A stretch of DNA of 64,000 nt from Dehalococcoidia bacterium. GTDB lineage: Bacteria > Chloroflexota > Dehalococcoidia > Lucifugimonadales > UBA3495. Positions 30,022-40,128 of the stretch are shown piece by piece. The translations under genes and the position numbers were made by a program. Positions within the stretch are counted from its first letter, which is position 1. The number at the start of each line of letters is the position of its first letter. The notes under the pieces were generated by a model, which saw only the letters and a program-made list of their open reading frames with translations, was not told the origin of the DNA and did no database searches. Location: the NCBI GenBank assembly GCA_030740155.1, contig JASLXV010000025.1:63930-127929 (forward strand), read 5' to 3'.

Positions 30022-33000
30022 ATGAACCCATTTAAAGAGCTGGCCCGGCAAGGGCTGTATTCGCCCGAGCAAGAGCATGATAGTTGCGGCGTAGGTGTAG
30101 TCGCTAACATCAGGGGCGAGAAGTCACACCAGATAATCGGTGAGTCACTGCAAGTGCTGGTCAACCTCGGCCACCGGGGAGCCGCCGGCTGCGACCCGGA
30201 GACCGGCGACGGGGCCGGCATCCTCATCCAAATGCCCCACCGGTTTTTCCGGGCGGAAGGTTCCCGGTTGGGCATCGACCTACCCGCTGATGGGGACTAC
30301 GGGGTCGGCATGGTGTTTTTACCCCCCCAACCCGAGAGTCAAGAGAAATGCCGGGGACTGGTGGAGCGGGTCATCGAGCAAGAAGGGTTGGAGTTCTTGG
30401 GTTGGCGAGAAGTGCCCGTGGACCCCAGCAAACTGGGCCGGGATTCCCGCCGCGTTTGCCCCAGTATCTGGCAGGTGTTCATCGGCCCTGGCTCCCGGAT
30501 CGACGGCCGAGACCAACTGGAGCGAAAGCTCTACGTGGTCCGCAAGGTGATAGAACACGGCGCGGAAGATTGGGGCCTCACCGACGAAGAGGCCGACTAT
30601 TTCTATATTTGCAGCCTGTCTTGCAACACCATCGTCTACAAAGGCCTGCTGTTGGCCCACCAGATCTTGGGGTTCTACCGGGACCTGGCCGACGAGACGT
30701 TGGTGAGCGCCTTCGGGCTGGTCCACTCCCGGTTCAGCACCAATACCCTGGGACACTGGAAGCTGGCTCACCCCTACCGGTATTTGGCCCACAACGGTGA
30801 GATCAACACCCTGCGAGGTAACCTCAACTGGATGCATGCCCGCGAGGCCCAGTTTCAGTCGACGCTGTTTGGCGAGGATATGCGCAAGATCCCGCCCATC
30901 ATGACAGCGGGGGCCAGCGATACTGCCAGCATCGACAACGCCCTGGAACTGTTGCTCATGACCGGACGGGACCTGGACCACGCCATGCTCATGCTGATCC
31001 CTGAGGCGTGGGAGCAGCACACAACCATGATCCAGGAGAAGAAGGACTTCTTCGAGTACCATTCCTGCCTGATGGAGCCGTGGGACGGCCCGGCGATGAT
31101 CGTTTCCAGCAACGGGCGCAGCATCTGCGCCCTGCTCGACCGGAACGGCTTCCGCCCCTTCCGCTACACCATTACCAAAGACGACAAGCTGGTGATGTCC
31201 TCGGAAACGGGCGTGCTGAACATCCCTCCGTCGCAGATTAAAGAGAAAGGCAGGCTTCAACCCGGCCGGATGTTCCTGGTCAACCTTGAAGAAGGGCGGA
31301 TTATCGGTGACGAGGAGTTGAAGCACAAACTGGCCAGTCGGCAGCCCTACGGCCAGTGGTTGAACGACTACAAGGTGGCCCTGGATGACCTGCCTGAACC
31401 GGCCGGCCTCGCCGCCGCGTCTTCCCCAGGGGCCGGAGCTAACAGTGACGGCCGTTCCGATTTGCGGCAGCAGAAGCAGGCCTTCGGTTATACCATGGAA
31501 GAGCTTCGCATGCTGACCGCGCCCATGGCCCGCCACGGCGCCGAAGCGGTCGGCTCCATGGGGAACGACACCCCCCTGGCGGTGTTGTCCGACCAGAACC
31601 AACTGCTGTTCAACTACTTCAAGCAGTTCTTCGCCCAGGTGACCAATCCGCCGTTGGACGCTATTCGGGAGGAGTTGGTGACCTCCCTTCAGTCTTTCAT
31701 CGGCTGTGACCAGAACCTCTTCGAAGAGACGGCAAAGCACTGTCACCAGTTGCAGTTGATGTCACCGATTATCTCCGACCGGGACCTACAGAAGATCCGG
31801 AAGGTCAATGTTGGGGAAGTCCGGTCCATAACCTTGTCCAGCCTGTTTGACGCCCTGCACGGGCCGAACTCTCTGAAGTCGGCCTTGGACCGGCTGCGCG
31901 CCGAAGCATCCCGGGCCATCCGGGATGGCTACAGCATCATCATCCTTTCCGACCGGGGTGTGGACCGGCAACATGCTCCCATTCCCAGCCTGCTGGCCAC
32001 GGCGGCGGTGCACCATCACCTGATCCGCGAGGGCACCCGCACCAAGGTGGGGCTGGTGGTGGAGTCCGGCGAGCCTCGGGAGGTGCACCACTTTTCCCTG
32101 CTCATCGGGTACGGGGCCGGGGCCGTAAACCCGTACCTGGCCCTGGCGACAGTCCGCGAGATGGCCGCGGCTGAGGAGTTGAACGGCACCAAGCCGGATT
32201 ACGCCGAGAAGAACTACATCAAAGCCAACCAGAAGGGCGTCCTGAAGGTCATGTCCAAGATGGGCATATCCACGGTCCGGAGCTACCGGGGGGCCCAGAT
32301 CTTCGAGGCCATCGGGCTGAACCAGGAGTTGGTCGACGAGTATTTTAGCTGGACCCCATCTCGAATCCAGGGCATCGGCTTGGACGCCGTCGAGGAAGAG
32401 GTCCTCCAGCGGCACCGATCCGCCTTCGAATCTCAGCACCCGTCCAGCCAGCGGGAGTTGATGACGGGTGGTTTCTACCAGTGGCGCCGGCACGGGGAGT
32501 TTCACCAATGGAACCCGGAGGTCATCGCCAAACTGCAGGACGCGACACGGTCCAACAATTGGGAGACCTACAAAGAATTTGCCAGTTTGGTCAATGACCA
32601 GAGCCAGAAGATGGCCACCCTGCGCGGGCTGTTGGAGTTGAAGAAGACCCAGGCTGCGGTTCCCTTGGAGGAAGTCGAGCCGGCGTCGGAGATCGTCAAA
32701 CGGTTCGCAACCGGGGCGGTGTCCCTTGGCTCCATCAGCCGGGAATCCCACGAGACTATAGCCATAGCCATGAACCGGATGGGAGCGCGGAGCAACACCG
32801 GCGAGGGTGGAGAGGATTTCCACCGCTACACCCCCGACGCCAACGGCGACTCTCGCAGCAGCGCGATGAAACAGGTGGCTTCGGGGCGGTTCGGCGTCAC
32901 CGCAAACTACCTGGTCAACGCCACGGATCTGCAGATAAAAATGGCCCAGGGCTCCAAACCCGGCGAAGGCGGCCAGTTGTCCGGGAACAAAATAGACGAG

Positions 33001-34608
33001 TACATCGGCTGGGTCCGCCGGACAACCCCGGGCGTGGAGCTGATCTCCCCGCCGCCTCACCACGACATATACTCCATCGAGGATCTGGCTCAGCTGATCC
33101 ACGATTTGAAGAACATCAATCCTGAGGCCAGGATACACGTGAAGTTGGTCGCCGAGGTGGGCGTGGGCACCGTGGCCGCCGGGGTAGCCAAGGGTCACGC
33201 CGACGTGGTCCTCATCAGCGGCCACGACGGCGGCACCGGCAATTCGCCTGAGTCGTCCATCAAACACGCCGGGCTCCCGTGGGAGCTGGGCATTGCCGAG
33301 ACCCAACAGGTCCTGGTTGCCAACGGGTTGCGGGGCCGGATCGTGGTGCAGGCCGACGGCCAACTCAAGACAGGCCGGGACACGGTTATCGCCGCGCTGC
33401 TGGGGGCTGAGGAGTTCGGATACGCTACTGCACCCCTGATCGTCAACGGCTGTATCATGCTGCGCAAGTGCCACCTGGGGACCTGCATGGTGGGTATCGC
33501 GACTCAGGACCCGGAGCTGCGCAAGCGGTTTACCGGCCAGCCGGAGTACCTGGTCAGCTACTTCAACTTCGTGGCCGAAGAGATGCGAGAAATCATGGCC
33601 GAGCTGGGCTTCCGCACGGTCAACGAGATGGTGGGCCGGGCGGACCTGTTGGACGCCCGAGAGGCCGTCTACCACTGGAAGGCCAAGGGAGTAGACCTGG
33701 CCCGGCTACTCTACCGGCAGCAGCCCAGAAGCCCCGACGAGGCGGCACACTGCTGTGAGGAGCAGGACCATGGCTTGGACCGGGCGCTGGACCACCAGTT
33801 GATCGAGTTGGCCGAGCCGGCTTTGAATAATAAGGAACGGGTGAAGATAGAGCTGCCCATCTGCAATGCCAACCGGACCGTCGGCGCCATGCTCAGTGGC
33901 AAGGTTGCCAAACGGTACGGCGAGGAGGGCCTTCCGCCCGAGACGATCAGAATCAATTTCACCGGCTCGGCGGGTCAGAGCTTCTGTGCCTTCCTGGCCA
34001 AGGGGATCGACGTTCACCTGGAAGGGGACACCAACGACTACTTGGGCAAAGGGATGACCGGAGGCCGCATCGTGGTCTGCGCACCCAGCGATGCCAGCTT
34101 TGTCCCTGAAGAGAACATTTTGATAGGCAACGTGGTGCTGTACGGCGCCACCGGCGGCCAGGTATATATTCGAGGCCTCGCCGGCGAGCGATTCTGTGTC
34201 CGCAACAGCGGCGTGCACGCTATCGTCGAGGGAGTTGGGGACCACGCTTGCGAATATATGACCGGCGGAGTGGTGGTGGTGTTGGGGCGAACGGGCCGCA
34301 ACTTTGCCGCCGGGATGAGCGGGGGCATCGCCTTCGTCAACGATGAGGACGGCGACTTTGAGATTCGCTTCAACCCGGGCCTGGCGGACCTCGAACCGGT
34401 CACCGACCCCGAGGACGTGGCGACGCTCAAGCGCATGATTGAAGAGCATTTGAAGCTCACCGGCAGCGGGCCGGCCCGCCGAATCCTGGCTAACTGGGAC
34501 GAGGCTCTGCCCCGGTTCAAGAAGGTCATGCCTAGGGATTACCGGCGGGTACTGGATGAGGCGCGGGCGAAGGGCAAGACGGAACTGCAGGCGACTCACC
34601 ATGGGTAA
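30022..34608 (+). CDS. gltB: Glutamate synthase large subunit
   Basis: EHDSCGVG Ntn-amidotransferase, HSRFSTNT, EPWDGPA, KMAQGSKPGEGGQL, C..C..C Fe-S, GXGXG domain. Confidence 0.99.
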   Translation: MNPFKELARQGLYSPEQEHDSCGVGVVANIRGEKSHQIIGESLQVLVNLGHRGAAGCDPETGDGAGILIQMPHRFFRAEGSRLGIDLPADGDYGVGMVFLPPQPESQEKCRGLVERVIEQEGLEFLGWREVPVDPSKLGRDSRRVCPSIWQVFIGPGSRIDGRDQLERKLYVVRKVIEHGAEDWGLTDEEADYFYICSLSCNTIVYKGLLLAHQILGFYRDLADETLVSAFGLVHSRFSTNTLGHWKLAHPYRYLAHNGEINTLRGNLNWMHAREAQFQSTLFGEDMRKIPPIMTAGASDTASIDNALELLLMTGRDLDHAMLMLIPEAWEQHTTMIQEKKDFFEYHSCLMEPWDGPAMIVSSNGRSICALLDRNGFRPFRYTITKDDKLVMSSETGVLNIPPSQIKEKGRLQPGRMFLVNLEEGRIIGDEELKHKLASRQPYGQWLNDYKVALDDLPEPAGLAAASSPGAGANSDGRSDLRQQKQAFGYTMEELRMLTAPMARHGAEAVGSMGNDTPLAVLSDQNQLLFNYFKQFFAQVTNPPLDAIREELVTSLQSFIGCDQNLFEETAKHCHQLQLMSPIISDRDLQKIRKVNVGEVRSITLSSLFDALHGPNSLKSALDRLRAEASRAIRDGYSIIILSDRGVDRQHAPIPSLLATAAVHHHLIREGTRTKVGLVVESGEPREVHHFSLLIGYGAGAVNPYLALATVREMAAAEELNGTKPDYAEKNYIKANQKGVLKVMSKMGISTVRSYRGAQIFEAIGLNQELVDEYFSWTPSRIQGIGLDAVEEEVLQRHRSAFESQHPSSQRELMTGGFYQWRRHGEFHQWNPEVIAKLQDATRSNNWETYKEFASLVNDQSQKMATLRGLLELKKTQAAVPLEEVEPASEIVKRFATGAVSLGSISRESHETIAIAMNRMGARSNTGEGGEDFHRYTPDANGDSRSSAMKQVASGRFGVTANYLVNATDLQIKMAQGSKPGEGGQLSGNKIDEYIGWVRRTTPGVELISPPPHHDIYSIEDLAQLIHDLKNINPEARIHVKLVAEVGVGTVAAGVAKGHADVVLISGHDGGTGNSPESSIKHAGLPWELGIAETQQVLVANGLRGRIVVQADGQLKTGRDTVIAALLGAEEFGYATAPLIVNGCIMLRKCHLGTCMVGIATQDPELRKRFTGQPEYLVSYFNFVAEEMREIMAELGFRTVNEMVGRADLLDAREAVYHWKAKGVDLARLLYRQQPRSPDEAAHCCEEQDHGLDRALDHQLIELAEPALNNKERVKIELPICNANRTVGAMLSGKVAKRYGEEGLPPETIRINFTGSAGQSFCAFLAKGIDVHLEGDTNDYLGKGMTGGRIVVCAPSDASFVPEENILIGNVVLYGATGGQVYIRGLAGERFCVRNSGVHAIVEGVGDHACEYMTGGVVVVLGRTGRNFAAGMSGGIAFVNDEDGDFEIRFNPGLADLEPVTDPEDVATLKRMIEEHLKLTGSGPARRILANWDEALPRFKKVMPRDYRRVLDEARAKGKTELQATHHG

Positions 34609-36046
34609 GCCCACTGGATTCATGGACGCCGGGCGCCAGACACCGGAGAGGCGGCCCGTGCTCGAAAGAACCGAAGACTACCAGGAGCTTTACGTGCCCT
34701 GGCTCGATGTCCAGGCGCAGGAGCAGGGCTCCCGGTGCATGGACTGTGCCGTTCCCTTCTGCCATATGGGATGCCCCCTCGGGAACGTAATCCCGGAGTT
34801 CAACCACCAGGTGTACCTGGGCAATTGGGAACAAGCCCTGGAAGTACTCCTGGCCACCAACAACTTCCCCGAATTCACGGGCCGCGTGTGCCCCGCTCCG
34901 TGTGAGGCTTCATGCGTCTTGAGCATCAATGGCGACCCGGTGACCATCGAGTATATCGAGAAGCAGATCGCCGAACGGGGTTTCGCCGAGGGCTGGATCA
35001 AGCCTGAGCCTCCCGAGGCGCGCACCGGCAAGAGAGTCGCGGTGGTGGGCTCGGGTCCGGCGGGACTGGCGGCGGCCCAACAGCTCAACCGCGCCGGCCA
35101 CTCAGTCACCGTCTTCGAACGGGCCGATCGGATCGGCGGCATATTGGCCCTGGGAATACCTGACTTCAAGCTCGACAAGCAGGTGGTGCGCCGCCGGATC
35201 GACCTGTTGGCCGCGGAAGGGGTCACCTTTAAGACCGGAGTCGACGTGGGAGTGAGCTACCCGGTGGAAATGTTGCTGGCGGACTTCGACGCCGTCTGTC
35301 TTACTTGTGGCTCGACCCAGGCGCGGGACTTGCCCGTTCCTGGCCGGGAGCTGGGCGGCATTCACCTGGCCATGGAGTACCTGACGCAGCAGAACCGGAT
35401 ATTGGATGGCGAAGAACTCGATCCGTCGGAGCGTATCACCGCCGAGGGCAAACGAGTGGTGATCTTGGGTGGCGGCGATACCGGAGCCGACTGCCTGGGC
35501 ACGGCACTCCGGCAGGGCGCCAATGTCGTTTTCCAGTATGAACTCTTGCCTGAACCGCCCGTGGAGAGGCAGCCCCATAACCCCTGGCCGCAGTGGCCCG
35601 CCGTCTTACGCTTGTCCCCGGCTCACGAAGAGGGCGGCGTCCGAGGCTATAACGTTCTAACCAAGGCATTTATGGGCAGCAACGGCACGGTGGAGCGGCT
35701 GCACGCCGTCCGGGTCCAGTGGGACCAACCGAGCAATAATGGCCGGCCCGGCATGAGGGAAGTTGCGGACAGCGACTTCATCGTGGAAACCGACCTGGTG
35801 CTGCTGGCGATGGGATTCCTCCACCCGCAGCATGACGGGATGCTGGCCCAAATTGGGGTGAAACTGGACGGCCGGGGTAACGTGAAGACCGACGGGAACA
35901 AGATGACCAGCGTCCCCGGCGTATTTGCCGGTGGCGATGCGGCGCGGGGACAATCGCTGGTGGTCTGGGCTATTGCCGAGGGCCGGGAAGCAGCCCGGGG
36001 CGTGGACTCCTACCTGATGGGCAAGAGCAACCTTCCCCGGTCTTAG
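34601..36046 (+). CDS. gltD: Glutamate synthase small subunit
   Basis: MGKPTGF, RCMDCAVPFCH.GCPLGN, GSGPAGL, GGGDTG.DC, RGQSLVVWAI.EGR. Confidence 0.98.
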   Translation: MGKPTGFMDAGRQTPERRPVLERTEDYQELYVPWLDVQAQEQGSRCMDCAVPFCHMGCPLGNVIPEFNHQVYLGNWEQALEVLLATNNFPEFTGRVCPAPCEASCVLSINGDPVTIEYIEKQIAERGFAEGWIKPEPPEARTGKRVAVVGSGPAGLAAAQQLNRAGHSVTVFERADRIGGILALGIPDFKLDKQVVRRRIDLLAAEGVTFKTGVDVGVSYPVEMLLADFDAVCLTCGSTQARDLPVPGRELGGIHLAMEYLTQQNRILDGEELDPSERITAEGKRVVILGGGDTGADCLGTALRQGANVVFQYELLPEPPVERQPHNPWPQWPAVLRLSPAHEEGGVRGYNVLTKAFMGSNGTVERLHAVRVQWDQPSNNGRPGMREVADSDFIVETDLVLLAMGFLHPQHDGMLAQIGVKLDGRGNVKTDGNKMTSVPGVFAGGDAARGQSLVVWAIAEGREAARGVDSYLMGKSNLPRS

Positions 36047-36054
36047 GCGGCGGG

Positions 36055-36633
36055 CTAGCCTCGGCCGAGTTCAACAATACCAGCCGTGCCGGGCGCGCCG
36101 GGCTTGTCGTCGTCCGGGCCGGTGGGACCGCCCCGCCGGGCCTTGGCGTTCCACTCTTCGATCCGTACCTCCACCATCGCGGTAATGCCGAGGTCGGCCG
36201 GCGGCGGCGGTTCATAGTCGCGGCCGATGGCGCGGCCGGGAAAGTAACGGCGCACCATCCGGTCCAACAGCTCAAACTTTTCAGACTGATCCGTGATGGC
36301 TGTGGCCTTGCCGAACAGAACGACACTCCGGTAGTTCATCGAGTGGTTCATAGCCTTTCGTGAGTAGACCAGGCTGTCCACAAGGGTCACCGTTACGCAT
36401 ACGGGTACCCCGTTGGCGAGATGTTCGAGGGCTCGACTCTTGACCGCGCCGTGGAGATACATGCGGTCCGGCTTCGCGAGATCGTAGTGGTAAGAGAGGG
36501 GTATCACTACCGGCTGGCCGTCCTGCACGAGCCCCAGATGCGCCACCAGACCCTCCGACAGGATATCGGCGGCCTCGCCGGGTACGGCCCGTTCCGGATG
36601 AGTCCGGATGCGCGTTCGTTCGGTTACTTTCAT
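36055..36633 (-). CDS. Pyridoxamine 5'-phosphate oxidase-like flavin-binding protein (NimA family)
   Basis: P.VIP, YLHG..KSR, HSMNYRSVVLFG, AK.R.GGP. Confidence 0.88.
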   Translation of the reverse strand: MKVTERTRIRTHPERAVPGEAADILSEGLVAHLGLVQDGQPVVIPLSYHYDLAKPDRMYLHGAVKSRALEHLANGVPVCVTVTLVDSLVYSRKAMNHSMNYRSVVLFGKATAITDQSEKFELLDRMVRRYFPGRAIGRDYEPPPPADLGITAMVEVRIEEWNAKARRGGPTGPDDDKPGAPGTAGIVELGRG

Positions 36634-36700
36634 CTTCTGAGCTACCCCCTGGGTTGCAATGAGTTGCTATTGAGCCCGTTTACCGTGCCTCGGGCCGCCG

Positions 36701-37744
36701 TTACTGCTGCGGCATTGTCAGGGACCGGGCTGCCTCGGCCACCTGGTCCGGGTCGACCAGGACCCTGGCTAAGACCAGCGAGCCTTCCCGGTCCAACGCC
36801 AACTCCCCGAAGGATAGATCCACTCCCTCCTCGATCCGTTCCAGAGCCGTTTCCAGCGCCGCCGTCGCCATGGACTCGTCTTCGAAGCTGGCCAGGCCGT
36901 AGAAAACCACGGTCTGGTCCGCTTGCAGGCCGGCGCTTACCGCCGCGCCGGCGCAACCGGGCAGGTCGATTATCGCACCCAGTTCTCCCAGGTCGCCGCA
37001 ATTGCGGATCACGGTGGCGGCGAAGCCCGAGGGTAGCTGATCGACGAGGCCCCGGATCTCCGGGTCGTCCAGCAGGCTGGGTTGGAGTCCGTCGAATACG
37101 TCCAGCGCGCCTTTGACCAGTTCCACCGCCGGGGCCCCACCCAGGGGTGACCCCGAGGCAAATACCACCGTGGAATCATCGGCCTCGCCGACGGCCAGCG
37201 TCAACCCGAACACGTCCATACTCCAGACCCGATGCTCCCGGTATGCCTCGGGTTCCGGGCTGCCGACGGATATTCCAAAGCCGCTGGCCACGTCCAGGAG
37301 GGCTGAAACGTCGAAGGACCCATCCAGCACGGTGAAAGCTCCTTGTCCACCTTCGCCCGTGGCCAGCACCAGCCGGCTGACTAGCCCGGTGGCCGCACTC
37401 GGCAGCGTCCCGGCCAGCCCCAGGGATTCCAAGCTGAGGGCATCCTTGAGCGCCTGGCTACTCTCCAGGGCCTGGGCATCCATGAAAATCGCTGAGTTGT
37501 ACCCGCTGGGCACCACGGAAAGCAGGTGAGACAGTTTGGCCAGCCGGTCGGGGTCGGGCGCGGGCAGAGAGATGTCGCCAAGTACCACCACGGTGGCTGG
37601 GACCGGCGTCGGCGTCGGCACCGGGGTCGCGGTCGGTGTAGGCGTGGCCGTTGGGACCGGCGTGGCTTCGGCGCAACCAACCAGGGCCACCGTGAGCAGC
37701 AGGGCAAACAGCAGTCCGGTTGCACGGCGGGGGAACCGGCTCAT
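36701..37744 (-). CDS. Lipoprotein with PT-rich linker, paralogous to the 28082 N-terminal domain
   Basis: Lipobox LVGC, (PT)n linker; ATGA overlap with the pyk stop. Confidence 0.75.
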   Translation of the reverse strand: MSRFPRRATGLLFALLLTVALVGCAEATPVPTATPTPTATPVPTPTPVPATVVVLGDISLPAPDPDRLAKLSHLLSVVPSGYNSAIFMDAQALESSQALKDALSLESLGLAGTLPSAATGLVSRLVLATGEGGQGAFTVLDGSFDVSALLDVASGFGISVGSPEPEAYREHRVWSMDVFGLTLAVGEADDSTVVFASGSPLGGAPAVELVKGALDVFDGLQPSLLDDPEIRGLVDQLPSGFAATVIRNCGDLGELGAIIDLPGCAGAAVSAGLQADQTVVFYGLASFEDESMATAALETALERIEEGVDLSFGELALDREGSLVLARVLVDPDQVAEAARSLTMPQQ

Positions 37745-39183
37745 GATCTCTCCTCCAGGGATCGGATGCTCGATGTGTGCTCGAGGTACTCCCGAATGTC
37801 CAGGACCTGGATGGTGTTGGTCGTGCCTGAAACACCCGGCAGGAACCCATGAACTATGGTTACCACGTCCGTCTCGTTGACCAGTCCGCTTTTCAGGGAG
37901 GCTTCGACCAGCGAGGCGACCAGGTTGGCCACATCCCGCACCGGGGGAATCAGACCCACGGGAAACAGTCCCCAACCCAGGGATGCCCTTCTCAGGGTCG
38001 TCGCGTCATGGGAAAAAACGAGTATGTCGCCTTCGGGCCGGAATCGGGAAACCTGAAAGGCAGCCCGACCGGTACTGGTGACCACAATGGGCTTGGCTTG
38101 GAGGTCCTGAACCAAGTGCGCGGCGGCGGCGGCGATAGCCTGGGTGCGGCCGCTGGATTGGAGGTCCTTGTGATAAGGGTAGACTCTCTCGGCTTCCCTG
38201 ATGGTGGCGTCGGCAACTTTGATGGTCTCCACCGGGTGCTTTCCGACGGCGGTCTCGTCGGAAAGTAGAATCGCATCGCAGCCGTCCAGAACGGCGTTGG
38301 CGATATCGGATATTTCAGCCCGGGTTGGGTTGGGTGAAGCCACCATGGAGCTGAGTATCTGGGTTGCGATAACCGAAACCTTGCCGGCATCGTTGGCCTT
38401 CGAGACCACCTGTTTTTGAACCACCGGCACCCGTTCCATGGGGATTTCCACGCCCAAGTCGCCCCGTGCCACCATCACTCCGTCAACCGCTTCCAAGATG
38501 GCATCCAGGTTGTCGATGCCTTCTCCTCGCTCCATCTTGGCCATGACCGAGGCCGTGCTGCCGATGCTGGCCAGGTAGGTCTTGGCGTACCGGATGTCCT
38601 CAAGGGTCCGGACGAAGGAGATCGCCACCCAGTCGACTTCCTGCTCCACCCCGAACCGGAGGGCGGCCTTGTCTTCATCGGTCAGCACCGGCTCGTGGAT
38701 GGTCACGCCTGGCAGATTGACCCCTTTGAACGATGACACCGTGCCGCCGTCGGACACCCGGGTCTTTACTTCTAGGCCGTCGGTCTCAATTACCTCTAAC
38801 CGGACGGTCCCGTCGGCGATGAAGACCTGGTGGCCGGGGCGCAGGTCGCGCAGCACGCCGGGACGGGGGAAGGGCAGAATGCCGGTCCGGCCCAAACCGG
38901 CCTCCGCGGCCAGCGTCACTTCATCCCCGTTATTGAGGTGAACTGGTGCCTCCAACCGGCCCAGGCGCATTTTTATGCCGCCGAGGTCTTGGAGGATGGC
39001 CACCGGACGCCCTTGCTCCAGCGCCAACCTCCGCAGCGTGCGTATAACCTCCCCGTGTTCCTCGAAGGTCCCGTGGGAGAAATTCAGGCGGGCACAATCC
39101 AGGCCTGCTGAAATCATTTGGGCCAGGGTCTCCGGGTCACGGGAGGCCGGGCCGATGGTCGCGATGATCTTTGTTTTTCTCAT
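37741..39183 (-). CDS. pyk: Pyruvate kinase
   Basis: RKTKIIATIGPAS, ARLNFSHG, KGVNLPG, MVARGDLGVEIP, PTRAE.SD.ANAVLDG.D. Confidence 0.98.
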   Translation of the reverse strand: MRKTKIIATIGPASRDPETLAQMISAGLDCARLNFSHGTFEEHGEVIRTLRRLALEQGRPVAILQDLGGIKMRLGRLEAPVHLNNGDEVTLAAEAGLGRTGILPFPRPGVLRDLRPGHQVFIADGTVRLEVIETDGLEVKTRVSDGGTVSSFKGVNLPGVTIHEPVLTDEDKAALRFGVEQEVDWVAISFVRTLEDIRYAKTYLASIGSTASVMAKMERGEGIDNLDAILEAVDGVMVARGDLGVEIPMERVPVVQKQVVSKANDAGKVSVIATQILSSMVASPNPTRAEISDIANAVLDGCDAILLSDETAVGKHPVETIKVADATIREAERVYPYHKDLQSSGRTQAIAAAAAHLVQDLQAKPIVVTSTGRAAFQVSRFRPEGDILVFSHDATTLRRASLGWGLFPVGLIPPVRDVANLVASLVEASLKSGLVNETDVVTIVHGFLPGVSGTTNTIQVLDIREYLEHTSSIRSLEERS

Positions 39184-39703
39184 GAAAGCTCGTGCGGCTT
39201 CAACCCAGAGGGCCTAGGGAATCTTGCGATCCCCGCCGCCAGTTGAAGCGAGTTCCGGGGGCCGGCGGCTTGGCTGGAACGGAGTCTGTCGCCGCTTGAG
39301 CTATGATACCAGACGCGCCGCGCGATTTGGACGGGTAAATTCCCCGAAAACTCCCCCAATTATGGCCGGAGCGCAGCTAATTGGAACTTGAATTGGTAGA
39401 CTTTGCGGCGGGGAAATCCCCCTTTGTCCCCCTTTACCAAAGTGGGAAACAAACGGAGGTTCTCGGCGGTGCCGGTTACCCAATCAACCTGGTTTTCGCG
39501 GACGTCATTCCAAGCCATACGCCCTCGCGTCGAACGACATTTTGTGGGAACCGAGTTGATTGGGCAGGAGGATTGAGCTGAGCTTTCGGTGCAACGATTG
39601 GGATTGGGGCAACACAACTCCCGGCGTCCGTTCTCGCGGTGAATCACAGGTCTGCCCCGGCGGCCGGCGGGGCGCTCGCGGACGGGCTGCGCAGTGCGCC
39701 GGT

Positions 39704-40120
39704 TCAGGCGGGACGAAAAGCCAGAGAGGGGTTTTCCGGGTCCAGCTCTTCCAAGTCCAGGACCAGGTCCAGGCCGGTCTCTATGTCTTGAGGGTTCCGG
39801 CCGTCCACGCCCAGGATGCGGGCGCTCACCCGAGGGCCTTCCTCCAGGGTCACCACGCCGGTGCAATAGGGGTTGTCGCGGCCATAGCCTTTCTGGCCCA
39901 TGTATACCGGGACGATGGAGATGCAGGTAAAGGTGCTGAGCCGGCCCTTGCCGCTAAACTCGTGCCACTCCATGTCCTTGCTGCGGCAGGCGGCGCACAT
40001 CGGCCGGGGAAACGCCGACAGGGCGCCGCAGGAACGGCAGCGCACGCCCTTCAGCCGCTTTTCCCGGCTCAAGTTGGCGAAATACGAGGCTGCAGTAAAT
40101 CCGGTGGTGTTGTCCGCCAT
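39704..40120 (-). CDS. DUF35 Zn-ribbon/OB-fold protein (thiolase partner)
   Basis: C..CG...FPR..C..C, G.L.TFT, PY...VV.LEEG.R. Confidence 0.9.
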   Translation of the reverse strand: MADNTTGFTAASYFANLSREKRLKGVRCRSCGALSAFPRPMCAACRSKDMEWHEFSGKGRLSTFTCISIVPVYMGQKGYGRDNPYCTGVVTLEEGPRVSARILGVDGRNPQDIETGLDLVLDLEELDPENPSLAFRPA

Positions 40121-40128
40121 GTCGCTTC

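Noticed and set aside
30319..34623. Long antisense ORFs (e.g. 475, 629 and 305 aa opposite gltB; similar ones opposite the thiolase, DUF362 and S41 genes)
   Set aside because: Shadow ORFs caused by high GC3 codon usage of the real genes; no recognisable motifs.
39184..39703. ORFs or ncRNA in the pyk-DUF35 spacer
   Set aside because: Only a degenerate REP-like unit and promoter-like DNA; no supportable gene or RNA family.
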